Shown in pieces: positions 28,514 to 38,243 of a stretch of 64,000 nucleotides of DNA (its first letter is position 1; each line of letters starts with the position of its first letter). The notes under the pieces are model-generated. The model did not search any database. It had not been told where the DNA came from and worked only from the letters and a program-made list of their open reading frames with translations. Source of the DNA: an uncultured bacterium (GTDB taxonomy: Bacteria > Patescibacteriota > Microgenomatia > Levybacterales > UBA12049). Both the position numbers and the translations under genes were made by a program. Location of the stretch: contig CAWGXL010000001.1 in NCBI GenBank assembly GCA_963826535.1, forward strand, positions 78,336 through 142,335. Direction: 5' to 3'.

Positions 28514-29344
28514 ATGAATAAATCAATAGTAGATAAACAACCGGATGGAACTATTAAATTAACAATAACTCTCTCCCAGGAAGATATTAAAAAAACACGT
28601 CAGGAAGTAATCGCTGAAATTTCCAAAAATACCAAAGTAGCCGGTTTCCGTCAAGGTAAAGCACCTACCTCGTTAGTTGAAGAAAAAATTGACTTAGAAA
28701 AAGTAAACGAAGAAATTCTCAAAAAATTGCTTCCGCTTGCATATTCACAAGCTGTACAAACCAACAATATTAAACCAATAATGAACCCCAAAATACATCT
28801 GGAAAAATTAGAACTCGAAAAAGAGTGGGTATTCACAGCATTAACCTGTGAACTGCCGGTTATAGATTTAGGCGCATACAAACAAAATGTACAAAAAATA
28901 ACGGCAAAAAGCAAAATAATAATTCCTGGAAAAGAAGAAAAAAAACCAAGCAGTGAAGAAGTTATGAAAGCTATAGTAGAGAGCACCAAAGCAAAAATTC
29001 CCACAGTTCTCATAGAACAGGAAACTGATAGACTGCTTTCACAGCTCTTAAATGATATTAAAAAACTAGGGCTTAATCTGGATCAGTATTTAGCTTCAAC
29101 AAATAGAACACCCGAAATATTAAGACAGGAAAATTCAAAACGTGCTGAAGAAGATATAAGACTAGAATTTGCTCTGCAGAAAATAGCGGAAACAGAAAAA
29201 ATTACAATTGAACCAAAAGAGATAGAAGAAGCAATCCAAAAATCCACGAACGAAACAGAAAGAGCCAGGCTTGAAAGTAACCGGTATATGCTTGCTGCTA
29301 TTCTCAGACAGCAAAAGACCATTGATTTTTTGCTGAATTTATGA
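28514..29344 (+). CDS. tig: Trigger factor lacking the PPIase domain
   Basis: GFRQGKAP ribosome-binding motif; C-terminal domain; only 276 aa. Confidence 0.88.
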   Translation: MNKSIVDKQPDGTIKLTITLSQEDIKKTRQEVIAEISKNTKVAGFRQGKAPTSLVEEKIDLEKVNEEILKKLLPLAYSQAVQTNNIKPIMNPKIHLEKLELEKEWVFTALTCELPVIDLGAYKQNVQKITAKSKIIIPGKEEKKPSSEEVMKAIVESTKAKIPTVLIEQETDRLLSQLLNDIKKLGLNLDQYLASTNRTPEILRQENSKRAEEDIRLEFALQKIAETEKITIEPKEIEEAIQKSTNETERARLESNRYMLAAILRQQKTIDFLLNL

Positions 29345-29360
29345 TACAGTGCGGCTAGAC

Positions 29361-30071
29361 ATGAAAGCCTATAAGCAAAAAACACGGCCTGAAATATCGT
29401 CTTACGAACAAGACGATATTAATCTACCCAAAAATATTGCACAGGAATTGGGGAATCAAGGAAAATTAGCCACAGATGACTTTTTTAAGCAACTCCTGGG
29501 TAATGCTGCCAATGATAGTCAATATAATGAAAACGCACAGTCTCATAATGCAAAAGAATCACCAAAGAATGAAAAAGATCCTTCTTCCCTCGGAGGCATA
29601 GTTTTTGAATTAAGAAGCCAAATACTCGGCAATCTATTACCCACTTCTAGTGAGAAAATGTCCAAAAGGGATCGCGAGCCTGGTATAAACTACCACAGTG
29701 AATACTACCAATCCATAACCAGATCCGGTGAAAGACACTCCCAGCGTGAAGTAAACGAGCACAGCAAACAAATCCAATCGATCATGCAAGAACTTAAAAA
29801 ATTAGCTTCTTCAACAAAAGCATTGCAAGTAGAATTTGGATCTCTTGTAGTGGAGCCCCCACCGGCAGATCCCGGCAAATATTATATAAATTTCTTTGAA
29901 TGGATGCTCATTATGATACGCCAATCAAGACAAAAAGTTGAAGACTCAAAGGCTTGGATGGATACTGTACAAGGTAAAAGCAAAAAAATGGGCTACTGGG
30001 GAAAAGCCAAAAAAATGGGCACCACATTCACTCAAGCCAACGAAAGAAATGTCGCAACTTCTACCGGATAA
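29361..30071 (+). CDS. Conserved CPR protein (DUF5660-like)
   Basis: PGKYYINFFEW...AWM...YWGKAKKMGTTF...ERNVATSTG. Confidence 0.6.
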   Translation: MKAYKQKTRPEISSYEQDDINLPKNIAQELGNQGKLATDDFFKQLLGNAANDSQYNENAQSHNAKESPKNEKDPSSLGGIVFELRSQILGNLLPTSSEKMSKRDREPGINYHSEYYQSITRSGERHSQREVNEHSKQIQSIMQELKKLASSTKALQVEFGSLVVEPPPADPGKYYINFFEWMLIMIRQSRQKVEDSKAWMDTVQGKSKKMGYWGKAKKMGTTFTQANERNVATSTG

Positions 30072-30198
30072 GTTTATCTGTGCTAATTCACTCCCCGCAC
30101 ATTGTTTTCAAGCCTTCCATTTGTTAAAATTAGTTTTGCTTTAATAGATAGGTATAAATTCTCATTCTAGATACTTAGTTCGCGCCCTTAACGCAATT

Positions 30199-30270
30199 GG
30201 ACTCGTAGCTCAGTGGTAGAGCGCTTCGTTGACATCGAAGAGGTCAGAGGTTCGATACCTCTCGGGTCCA
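30199..30270 (+). tRNA. tRNA-Val(GAC), CCA not encoded
   Basis: CTTCG-TTGACAT-CGAAG. Confidence 0.95.
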
Positions 30271-30332
30271 CTATAGATTTCTAAAGCACGATTAACATCC
30301 CTCTTTATTTTTTGCTATACTAACTTCAACCT

Positions 30333-30572
30333 ATGTCTGAACATATACAGCCCTTTGAAAAATCCAGCCATAAACTATCTTTTAAAGCAATAATTTTCAA
30401 TAACTTTATCGGCGGCATCGCCTGGGGACTTGGCGCGACCCTCGGAATTTCACTCTTCTTCTATATCCTGAGTCTAATAACGCAAAACATAAATTTAGTC
30501 CCGCTTGTCGGAACTTTCGTCTCAGACATTCTAAACTTCATCCTCGCCACCAACCCAAACCTCAGAAAATAA
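30333..30572 (+). CDS. Small membrane protein (DUF5665-like)
   Basis: NFIGGIAWGLGATLG...VPLVG. Confidence 0.7.
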   Translation: MSEHIQPFEKSSHKLSFKAIIFNNFIGGIAWGLGATLGISLFFYILSLITQNINLVPLVGTFVSDILNFILATNPNLRK

Positions 30573-30623
30573 AAAGCTGCAAGCGTCTTTAATTCTAAAC
30601 CTAGTTCTGCTATAGTAAGCTTT

Positions 30624-32390
30624 ATGACAAATCAAAATCACCTTCAAAATCTCCGCCATTCCTGCGCACATCTTTTAGCAGCAGCAGTATTGGAACTCTA
30701 TCCAAATACATTGATCACCATTGGCCCTGCTATTGAAAACGGTTTCTACTATGACTTTGATTTTTCTGAAGCTATTTCGGATATTGACCTACCAAAAATA
30801 GAAAAAAAAATGACTGAAATTATCAAATCTTGGGACAAATTTTCTTATCGCGAAGTAACTGAAAAAGAAGCAAAATCTTTTTATAAAAATAACCCGTTTA
30901 AATTAGAATTAATTGAAGAAATTGTAAAAAAAAGCCTGCCTGCCGGCAGGCAGGGCGAAAAAATTACATTTTATAAAGCCGGTAATTTCGAAGATCTGTG
31001 CCGTGGAGGACATAGCGAAAACCCCCAAAAAGACATAGGCGCTTTTAAACTTCTATCTATTGCCGGCGCGTACTGGCGGGGCGACGAAAAAAACAAAATG
31101 CTCACCCGCATCTACGGCACTGCCTTCCCAACCCAAAAAGAACTGGCCGATCACCTCACTTTGCTCGAAGAAACCAAAAAACGCGATCATAGAAAAATAG
31201 GTAAAAATCAAGAACTCTTTTTTATTGATGACATGGTAGGAAAAGGATTAGTAATGTGGCTTCCCAAAGGAAATATTGTTAAAGAACAAATTGAAAATCT
31301 TGCTAAGGAATTAGAAGCCAAACAAGGTTACCAACGCGTAACAACACCACATATTGCCAAAGAGGAACTATTCCAGACATCAGGACATTTACCATATTAT
31401 CAAGACAGTATGTATCCGCCAATGAAAATGGATGATGGGACGTATTATTTAAAAGCAATGAACTGCCCTCATCACCATAGAATTTACCAACATTCAAATA
31501 GAAGTTATAAAGAATTACCGCTAAAAATAGCCGAGTACGGAACAGTTTACCGCAATGAACTTTCAGGAACACTAGCCGGTTTGCTACGCGTAAGAGCATT
31601 AGATATGAATGACGCTCATATTTATGCGCGGAAAGACCAAATCAAAGATGAATTTAAGGCTGTTTTAAAACTGACTATCGATTATTTTGAAATTTTCGGC
31701 TTAAAAGACTATTGGTTTCGACTATCAAAATGGGACCCTAAGTACACCGATAAATATATTAATGAACCTAAAAACTGGGATTATACAGAGAAAGTAATTC
31801 GTGAAGTATTAGAAGAAATGAAGGTAAAATTTATTGAAGCAGATAATGAAGCTGCGTTCTACGGACCTAAAGTCGATATACAATTTAAATCAATTATCGG
31901 ACGCGAAGAATCAATGTCTACTATCCAATTGGATTTCATGGCCAAAAGTAGATTTGGTTTATCTTACATAGATGAAACTGGACAAGAGAATAATGAAGTT
32001 TTTGTTATTCATCGTGCACCTCTATCAACCCATGAAAGATTCATGGCATTTCTTATTGAACATACTGCCGGAGCTTTCCCTCTCTGGTTAGCTCCGGTTC
32101 AAGTTATCCTACTACCAATCGCCGATAGACACAATGATTTCGCCGAAAAACTAAACAATGAACTTTTAGAAAATAATATCCGCTCCCAGGTTGATACACG
32201 TCCGGAGCGACTCCAAGCCAAAATCCGAGACGCTACTTTACAAAAAGTACCCTTTATGGGTATAATAGGGGACAAAGAGATTGCTGACGAAGTGATTTCA
32301 GTGAGAGCAAGAACAGGAGAAGACTTGGGACTTAACAAGCTTCCTAAGTTTTTGCAAAAATTAAAAGAAGACATTGATAAGAAGAGGTAG
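30624..32390 (+). CDS. thrS: Threonine--tRNA ligase
   Basis: RHSCAHLLA, DLCRGGH, RDHRKIG, MNCPHH, AFYGPK; lacks N-terminal TGS domain. Confidence 0.97.
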   Translation: MTNQNHLQNLRHSCAHLLAAAVLELYPNTLITIGPAIENGFYYDFDFSEAISDIDLPKIEKKMTEIIKSWDKFSYREVTEKEAKSFYKNNPFKLELIEEIVKKSLPAGRQGEKITFYKAGNFEDLCRGGHSENPQKDIGAFKLLSIAGAYWRGDEKNKMLTRIYGTAFPTQKELADHLTLLEETKKRDHRKIGKNQELFFIDDMVGKGLVMWLPKGNIVKEQIENLAKELEAKQGYQRVTTPHIAKEELFQTSGHLPYYQDSMYPPMKMDDGTYYLKAMNCPHHHRIYQHSNRSYKELPLKIAEYGTVYRNELSGTLAGLLRVRALDMNDAHIYARKDQIKDEFKAVLKLTIDYFEIFGLKDYWFRLSKWDPKYTDKYINEPKNWDYTEKVIREVLEEMKVKFIEADNEAAFYGPKVDIQFKSIIGREESMSTIQLDFMAKSRFGLSYIDETGQENNEVFVIHRAPLSTHERFMAFLIEHTAGAFPLWLAPVQVILLPIADRHNDFAEKLNNELLENNIRSQVDTRPERLQAKIRDATLQKVPFMGIIGDKEIADEVISVRARTGEDLGLNKLPKFLQKLKEDIDKKR

Positions 32391-33018
32391 ACAGGAACAA
32401 CAAAGACAGAGGTATTACAGAATTAACCATCGTATCAACGCTCCGCAAATAAGAGTGCTTGATGCGAAAGGGCAGCAAATCGGACTTTTAACAAAACAGG
32501 AAGCTTTGAACCTTGCCCAATCACAAGAACTTGATTTGGTGGAAGTAGCTCCAATGGCTAATCCGCCTGTTGCCAAAATTATAAATTTTAAGAAGTTCTT
32601 ATACCAGCAGGAAAAAAAGAAAAAGGAAGAAAAAAGAAAAGCAAAAGTATCCCAAACTAAAGAAATAAGACTTGGTCCGTTTATGTCAGAAAACGATCTC
32701 CAAGTCAGGATTAAAAGGGGCCGGGAGTTTATTGAAGACGGTAATAAATTACGCCTTGTAGTAAAATTTAAAGGCAGACAAATCACACACCCTGAATTTG
32801 GTCGTAAAATTATTAGTAATGTTATTGAGGCGCTTTCTGAAATATCAAAAGTTGATCGAGAACCTCGCTTTGAAGGAAGACAGATGATCGCAGTATTATC
32901 AGTTGAAAAAGGAAAAAAACATGCCGAAGACCCTGCTCGTCAACCTGAACGCAGCGAAGGATCTCCAAAAGATCCTAAATTAATTGAGAAAAACAAAAAA
33001 TTAGGAATTAAAATATGA
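32374..33018 (+). CDS. infC: Translation initiation factor IF-3 (non-AUG start)
   Basis: INHRI, LDLVEVAP, KEIRL, FKGR; only TTG/ATA available as start. Confidence 0.95.
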   Translation: MIRRGRQEQQRQRYYRINHRINAPQIRVLDAKGQQIGLLTKQEALNLAQSQELDLVEVAPMANPPVAKIINFKKFLYQQEKKKKEEKRKAKVSQTKEIRLGPFMSENDLQVRIKRGREFIEDGNKLRLVVKFKGRQITHPEFGRKIISNVIEALSEISKVDREPRFEGRQMIAVLSVEKGKKHAEDPARQPERSEGSPKDPKLIEKNKKLGIKI

Positions 33019-33218
33019 AAAAAGTTAAGAAAAAAATTAAGGGCAGTTTAACCAGAAGATTCAAAATAACTAAAACCGGAAAAGTAATGTTCCGACATCA
33101 ATACGGCCGTCATCATAAACTCAAAAAATCCGGCAGCCGGATCAGAAGACAAAACGAACCTGGCGTCTTAGCAGAGCCGCTAGCAAGAAAAGTGAGAAAA
33201 ATGCTAGGCTACGCCTAG
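33015..33218 (+). CDS. rpmI: 50S ribosomal protein L35
   Basis: RRFKITKTGKV...RHHKLKKS; position in operon. Confidence 0.92.
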   Translation: MKKVKKKIKGSLTRRFKITKTGKVMFRHQYGRHHKLKKSGSRIRRQNEPGVLAEPLARKVRKMLGYA

Positions 33219-33224
33219 AATCAG

Positions 33225-33319
33225 TTAAAAGTGCAAAATTAAAAATTGAAGAGGGAAAAAATAATAAGTTATTCTTCCTTATATAACTTTGAACTTTGCA
33301 TTTTGAATTTTGAATTTGA
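33225..33319. repeat. Two inverted heptamer arrays (AAAATT/G-type versus TTTTGAA-type)
   Basis: ttaaaagtgcaaaattaaaaattgaa ... actttgaactttgcattttgaattttgaatttga. Confidence 0.65.
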
Positions 33320-33338
33320 GTGACTGAAAGGAACGATT

Positions 33339-33689
33339 ATGGCCAGAGTAAAACGAGGAACAGTATCCAGAAGAAAACACAATAAGCTCTTGGATCGCAC
33401 CAAAGGCTATCGTGGTACCAAAAACAGGCTTATCAGGGTAGCCAAAGAAGCCTCGCTGCATGCCGATCAATACGCCTATCATGGCCGCAAACTTCGCAAA
33501 AGAAACTTCCGTACACTATGGATCACCCGCATTGGTGAAGCTGTTAAACAACAAGACATTTCCTACAGTGTATTTATAAACAAACTCAAAAAAGCCAATA
33601 TCACCATAGACCGCAAAATTCTAAGTAAACTACTACTAGAAGACCCCCAAACCTTCAAACAAATCGTCGAAACCGCCAAAAACTCCTAA
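33339..33689 (+). CDS. rplT: 50S ribosomal protein L20
   Basis: MARVKRG, KGYRG, FRTLWITRI, IDRKILS. Confidence 0.97.
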   Translation: MARVKRGTVSRRKHNKLLDRTKGYRGTKNRLIRVAKEASLHADQYAYHGRKLRKRNFRTLWITRIGEAVKQQDISYSVFINKLKKANITIDRKILSKLLLEDPQTFKQIVETAKNS

Positions 33690-33703
33690 TACAAAAATTA
33701 CAA

Positions 33704-34105
33704 TCACAAAGACTGTACAAAAGGAAATTTAACTTTATTTACAAATTTACGATCAGCAGTAACAAGCTTAATATTTTTCTTTTTCGCAATTACCGCATAT
33801 ATCATATCGTAGACAGTAGTTTTATATTTATTAGCAAGTATCGATGCTTCTTGTATCTCAGATTCCTGAATTTCATAAACCTTAAAACTAGCAGCATATA
33901 AAAGCTCTAAGCCCTCAACAATACGAACCTCCTTAATTTTTGATTTTGTAACTAATGCATTTGCTACTTCAATAAAAAGCAGAGACGGTACAATAATTTC
34001 ATCTGTCCCTGCAATATGGTTTCTTAGAATTTCCGCTGCATTACCACTTCCTTCTTCTTGGGTATTTATAAATTTTAAAACAATAGAGGCATCTATAACT
34101 ATCAT
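33704..34105 (-). CDS. vapC: VapC PIN-domain toxin
   Basis: IVIDAS, EVAN, YDMIY, LVTAD. Confidence 0.9.
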   Translation of the reverse strand: MIVIDASIVLKFINTQEEGSGNAAEILRNHIAGTDEIIVPSLLFIEVANALVTKSKIKEVRIVEGLELLYAASFKVYEIQESEIQEASILANKYKTTVYDMIYAVIAKKKNIKLVTADRKFVNKVKFPFVQSL

Positions 34106-34347
34106 TGCTCGTACCGCATCTCAATGACTCTCTTACTTAAATTGAGACCAGGGTTTTCTTTAGCTAACTTCCTACCGAATTTTTTCATACGCTCAAGTAA
34201 TCTATTCTTATCGTTTTTTATTGTTTTTTTTTCTGCTAATTGCTCACGAATAACTGCTGCGACACTCTTCCGCTCCTTCGCTGCTTTAAGCTTCAATTCC
34301 ATATAAAGATCTTCAGGTATTCTCAAATTTGTAGTTATCCAATTCAT
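34102..34347 (-). CDS. Ribbon-helix-helix antitoxin
   Basis: TTNLRIPEDLYMELKLKAAKERKSVAAVIRE; overlaps the toxin start by 4 nt. Confidence 0.85.
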   Translation of the reverse strand: MNWITTNLRIPEDLYMELKLKAAKERKSVAAVIREQLAEKKTIKNDKNRLLERMKKFGRKLAKENPGLNLSKRVIEMRYEQ

Positions 34348-34382
34348 AGCACAATTGTACTAATATACTGCTAATTCGTCAA
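34348..34382 (-). promoter_or_regulatory. Leaderless sigma70 promoter of the TA operon with overlapping palindromic operator
   Basis: TTGACG-17-TACAAT-6-ATG; TAGCACAATTGTACTA palindrome across the -10. Confidence 0.75.
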
Positions 34383-34389
34383 GCAAATT

Positions 34390-34469
34390 CCGCAAAATTC
34401 TGAGCATTCTACTTCTTGAAGACCCCCAAACCTTCAATCAAGTCGTCGAAACCGCCAAAAACGCATAAT
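34390..34469 (+). repeat. Diverged direct-repeat copy of the rplT 3' end (33611-33690)
   Basis: Encodes RKILSILLLEDPQTFNQVVETAKNA* versus RKILSKLLLEDPQTFKQIVETAKNS*. Confidence 0.92.
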
Positions 34470-34527
34470 AAACTATTTCTATCTGTCAATTAATTATTTA
34501 GTATAAATTTTTGCTATAATTCCAATT

Positions 34528-35016
34528 ATGAGCATTGTCATCAAAGAGTTATCAGAAAAAGATAAGATGCCCCTAGAAAAAATATACCGAGAAACAGTAC
34601 TGAAAGAGTTTTTTGAATATACCCTTAATATACGAAAATATCTCACCAGTTCACCCGAGAAAGATGCTGCCTTAAAATTACCTATTAAAATCGGTGCATT
34701 TTATAATCAAAAATTAATAGGGTACTTAATGGCTGAAAAACCGTATGGAGGGATATTGTTTATCCCTTGGCTTGCAATCCTCAAAGAGCACCAACACAAG
34801 GGTGTAGGGAAAAAACTCTTGAAATCAATCGAAAAAAAAGCATCCATATTAGGAGTGCATAGTATTCATTTACAGTCGGATAAACTGAACGTTCCATTTT
34901 ACGAAAAATGTGGCTACACTGTTTTCGGATTTGATGAAAAAGGCTACTGGGGTACAGATAATTACCTTTTGAAAAAACCTATCATGGAACCGCATGAAGA
35001 AGCGTTTCTAAAATAA
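34528..35016 (+). CDS. GNAT-family N-acetyltransferase
   Basis: LAILKEHQHKGVGKKLL, FYEKCGY. Confidence 0.9.
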   Translation: MSIVIKELSEKDKMPLEKIYRETVLKEFFEYTLNIRKYLTSSPEKDAALKLPIKIGAFYNQKLIGYLMAEKPYGGILFIPWLAILKEHQHKGVGKKLLKSIEKKASILGVHSIHLQSDKLNVPFYEKCGYTVFGFDEKGYWGTDNYLLKKPIMEPHEEAFLK

Positions 35017-35072
35017 ATAAAAGACGCATCTATTCTGACAAGTCCATAAGTATTTGCTATAATCAATCTTAA

Positions 35073-36152
35073 ATGAAAGACAAGCTCCATAATATCAAAA
35101 ACGAAGCCATCTCATTAATCCTCTCTGCGCAAGACAAAAAAGAACTCGAAGAAATCCGCATTCAATTCTTGGGCCGCAATGGATCATTAACTCTGGCAAT
35201 GAAAGAAATCACAAATTTATCAAACGAAGAAAAACCCAGAATGGGCAAACTCATCAATGAAATAAAAACCATAATAGAAAATACAATTTACGAAAAATTA
35301 CAACAACTGACTCAACGCTCTCAACCCATAACTCATAACTTGGATGTCACCGAGCCGGGTATCCGTCCACCACTTGGACACCTTCACTTAGTAACTCAAG
35401 CGATCGAAGAAGTAACCACGATCTTTGAACGCATCGGATTCTCACGCGTTAAATATCCTGAAGTTGAATGGGATTATTATGCCTTCACTGCACTAAACTT
35501 TCCTGAAAATCACCCAGCCCGTGACGACTGGGAAACTTTCTTCACCACAGAAAAAAACCATTCCGAAAAAGGCTCAATTATCCTCACCCCACACACTTCC
35601 TCCGGACAGGTAAGGGAAATGGAAAAAGCAGTTGCCCAAAGTAAAAAAAACGGAAACCCTATAGACATTAAAATGCTAAATATTGCCAAGTGCTATAGGA
35701 GGCAATCAGATATCTCCCACACACAAATGTTTCACCAATTTGAAGGCCTTGTTGTCGGCAGCAATATCGCAATTACTCATTTGAAAGGTGTACTGGACTA
35801 TTTTGTCAAATCATATTTCGGCGAAAAGCGAATCTCAAGAATCCGACCATACCACTTCCAATTTACAGAACCATCGTTTGAAGTTGATGTAAGTTGCGGC
35901 ATTTGCAATGGTTCAGGGTTCATTAATAATCACGTCCCTTGCCGTCTATGTAAAGAAGGATGGCTCGAACTTGGAGGAGCCGGAATGGTTCATCCTAATG
36001 TTTTAAAATATGGAGGAATTAATCCAGAAAAATATACCGGCTTTGCCTTCGGCTGGGGAATAGAGCGGGTATTAATGATGAAAGAAGACCTGATTATTGA
36101 CGACTTAAGATTACTTTATTCCAATAAATTAGATTTCCTGGAGCAATTTTAA
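35073..36152 (+). CDS. pheS: Phenylalanine--tRNA ligase alpha subunit
   Basis: HPARD, FHQFEGL, FQFTEPSFE, GMVHPNV, GFAFGWGIER. Confidence 0.97.
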   Translation: MKDKLHNIKNEAISLILSAQDKKELEEIRIQFLGRNGSLTLAMKEITNLSNEEKPRMGKLINEIKTIIENTIYEKLQQLTQRSQPITHNLDVTEPGIRPPLGHLHLVTQAIEEVTTIFERIGFSRVKYPEVEWDYYAFTALNFPENHPARDDWETFFTTEKNHSEKGSIILTPHTSSGQVREMEKAVAQSKKNGNPIDIKMLNIAKCYRRQSDISHTQMFHQFEGLVVGSNIAITHLKGVLDYFVKSYFGEKRISRIRPYHFQFTEPSFEVDVSCGICNGSGFINNHVPCRLCKEGWLELGGAGMVHPNVLKYGGINPEKYTGFAFGWGIERVLMMKEDLIIDDLRLLYSNKLDFLEQF

Positions 36153-36154
36153 AA

Positions 36155-36264
36155 TGTCATCCCGACCGAAGCGATAGCGAAGCGGAGGGATCTCATACCA
36201 CTTATTTACTAAAAAAGACTGTGGCGTGAGATTCCTCGACTCCTTTCAGTCGCTCGGAATGACA
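36155..36264. repeat. REP-like inverted pair (TGTCATCCCGACCGAAG...GGGATCTC / GAGATTCCTCGAC...CGGAATGACA)
   Basis: Complementary arms fill the pheS-pheT gap. Confidence 0.8.
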
Positions 36265-36265
36265 A

Positions 36266-38233
36266 ATGAATATGGACATAAAAATTCTTGACTCTGCCTT
36301 ACGTGAACATTTAGAGACAAAAGCGAAGCCATTTGACATAGCAAGAGCTCTATCTCTAACAAGCGCTTCCGTAGAAAAAATTGAAAAATTTAAAAAAGAC
36401 TATTTGTATCACATTGAAGTCACCACAAATCGAATTGACATGGCCTCAATCATAGGCATTGCCAGAGAAGCAGCCGCAATATTGCCGCAATTCGGCTTTC
36501 CCGCCCATGTCATTGCGAGAAGCGAAACGACGCGGCAATCTCTTCCAAAAATAAAACCTTCAGAAAAACAAACTATAGAAATCCAAAGTAACGACAAACT
36601 CGTCAACCGTATTTGCGCTGTAATCATGGAGGTAACCCAAAAAGAATCTCCTGATTACATAAAAGACTTGCTTGAAGCAGCAGGAATACGTTGCCTCAAC
36701 AATCTTATCGATGTAACCAATTATGTCATACTTGAAATTGGCCACCCCACTCACGTATTTGATTATGACCGGCTACTTTCAAAAAAACTTATAATCCGTG
36801 AATCAAAAAAAGGGGAAAAAATTATTACTCTTGATAATAAAGAGCAAACACTTTTAGGCGGAGATATCGTTGCCGACAACGGAAAAGGAGAAATCATCGA
36901 TCTCTTAGGCATTATGGGGACCTTAAATTCAGTAGTAACAGATGAAACAAAACGCATATTATTCTTCATCAACAACAATGATCCCGTACGAATAAGAAAA
37001 ACGTCAATGTCTCTTGGAATTAGGACTGATGCCGCATCTCTCAATGAAAAAAATGTTGATCCTGAACTCGCCATTCAGGCACTGTATCGGGGAATTGAAT
37101 TATATCAAAAAACAGCTGATGCAAAAATCGTCAGCGAAATTATCAATATCTATCCAAAAAAATGGCGCCCAAAAACAATCACAGTGTCCGTTGAAAAAAT
37201 AAACCAAGTAATAGGTGTAAACATCTCTTTAAAAGTGGCAGCATTGATGCTCGAGCGATTGGACTTCAAAGTGAAACTGAATACAAATACCATAGCAGTA
37301 ACAATTCCATCTTACCGTGACTCAGATATGAATATTGCCGAAGACGTTATCGAAGAAATTGCCCGAATGTATGGATACCACAATATTAAAGGCAAACTAC
37401 CCCCTCTCAATTCAATCACGTCTCACCGGTATATAAATAAATTTTTCTGGGAAAATCGTGCCAAAGAAGCATTAAAGTATTGGGGATTTACTGAAGTCTA
37501 CACTTATTCAATGGTTTCAAAAAATATAATTACTGGACCAATTGAAAACGCACTAACTTTAAAAAATCCTTTTGATGAAGAACATATCTACATGAGAAAT
37601 ACGCTGATAAATAGTCACTTAGAAATTGTCAATGAAAACAAAAGCAGAGAAAAAATAAAAATTTTTGAAATGGCAAATGTCTATCATAAAAAGAATAAAG
37701 ACTTGCCTGATGAAATACAAACTCTGGCAGGAGTTGTTAAAGATAAAAATGTTAACTTTTACACAGTTAAAGGCTATGTTGAACAACTAACTATAAATTT
37801 AGGAATCGATAATCTACGATTTGAAACTTATAAAGGAACGGGTGCAGATATGTATCTCGGCAAAAAATATCTTGGAAGAATATCTGTATTAACTGAAAAT
37901 TTAATAGTGTTTGAGCTAAACTTCGCAATACTGGTGGAAAATGCCACCCTCAAAAAAACTTACTCACCTCTTAGTAAATTTCCGCAAGTCAATGAAGACC
38001 TGGCAATCATTGCCCCAACAAACATCTCAACAGGCGCGATTATTGACACAATAAAAAATCAAAACCCCCTAATTAAAGAAGTATCCCTGCTCGACAAATA
38101 TCAAGACACACGCACATATCACGTCATATATCAAAGTTACAAAAAAAATCTGACAAGCGAAGAAGTAGGGGACATCCGTCAAAAAATCCTCAAAACCCTA
38201 AAAGAAAAATTCAACGCGAGATTAAAGGAATAA
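36266..38233 (+). CDS. pheT: Phenylalanine--tRNA ligase beta subunit (short form, no B2 domain)
   Basis: IEVTTNR, NNLIDVTNY, EDVIEEIARMYGY, C-terminal ARLKE. Confidence 0.93.
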   Translation: MNMDIKILDSALREHLETKAKPFDIARALSLTSASVEKIEKFKKDYLYHIEVTTNRIDMASIIGIAREAAAILPQFGFPAHVIARSETTRQSLPKIKPSEKQTIEIQSNDKLVNRICAVIMEVTQKESPDYIKDLLEAAGIRCLNNLIDVTNYVILEIGHPTHVFDYDRLLSKKLIIRESKKGEKIITLDNKEQTLLGGDIVADNGKGEIIDLLGIMGTLNSVVTDETKRILFFINNNDPVRIRKTSMSLGIRTDAASLNEKNVDPELAIQALYRGIELYQKTADAKIVSEIINIYPKKWRPKTITVSVEKINQVIGVNISLKVAALMLERLDFKVKLNTNTIAVTIPSYRDSDMNIAEDVIEEIARMYGYHNIKGKLPPLNSITSHRYINKFFWENRAKEALKYWGFTEVYTYSMVSKNIITGPIENALTLKNPFDEEHIYMRNTLINSHLEIVNENKSREKIKIFEMANVYHKKNKDLPDEIQTLAGVVKDKNVNFYTVKGYVEQLTINLGIDNLRFETYKGTGADMYLGKKYLGRISVLTENLIVFELNFAILVENATLKKTYSPLSKFPQVNEDLAIIAPTNISTGAIIDTIKNQNPLIKEVSLLDKYQDTRTYHVIYQSYKKNLTSEEVGDIRQKILKTLKEKFNARLKE

Positions 38234-38243
38234 CTACTCAAAG

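Noticed and set aside
28514-38233. Short trigger factor, PheT and ThrS, and non-AUG infC start, as novelties
   Set aside because: Domain losses fit known genome reduction, and non-AUG infC starts are established.
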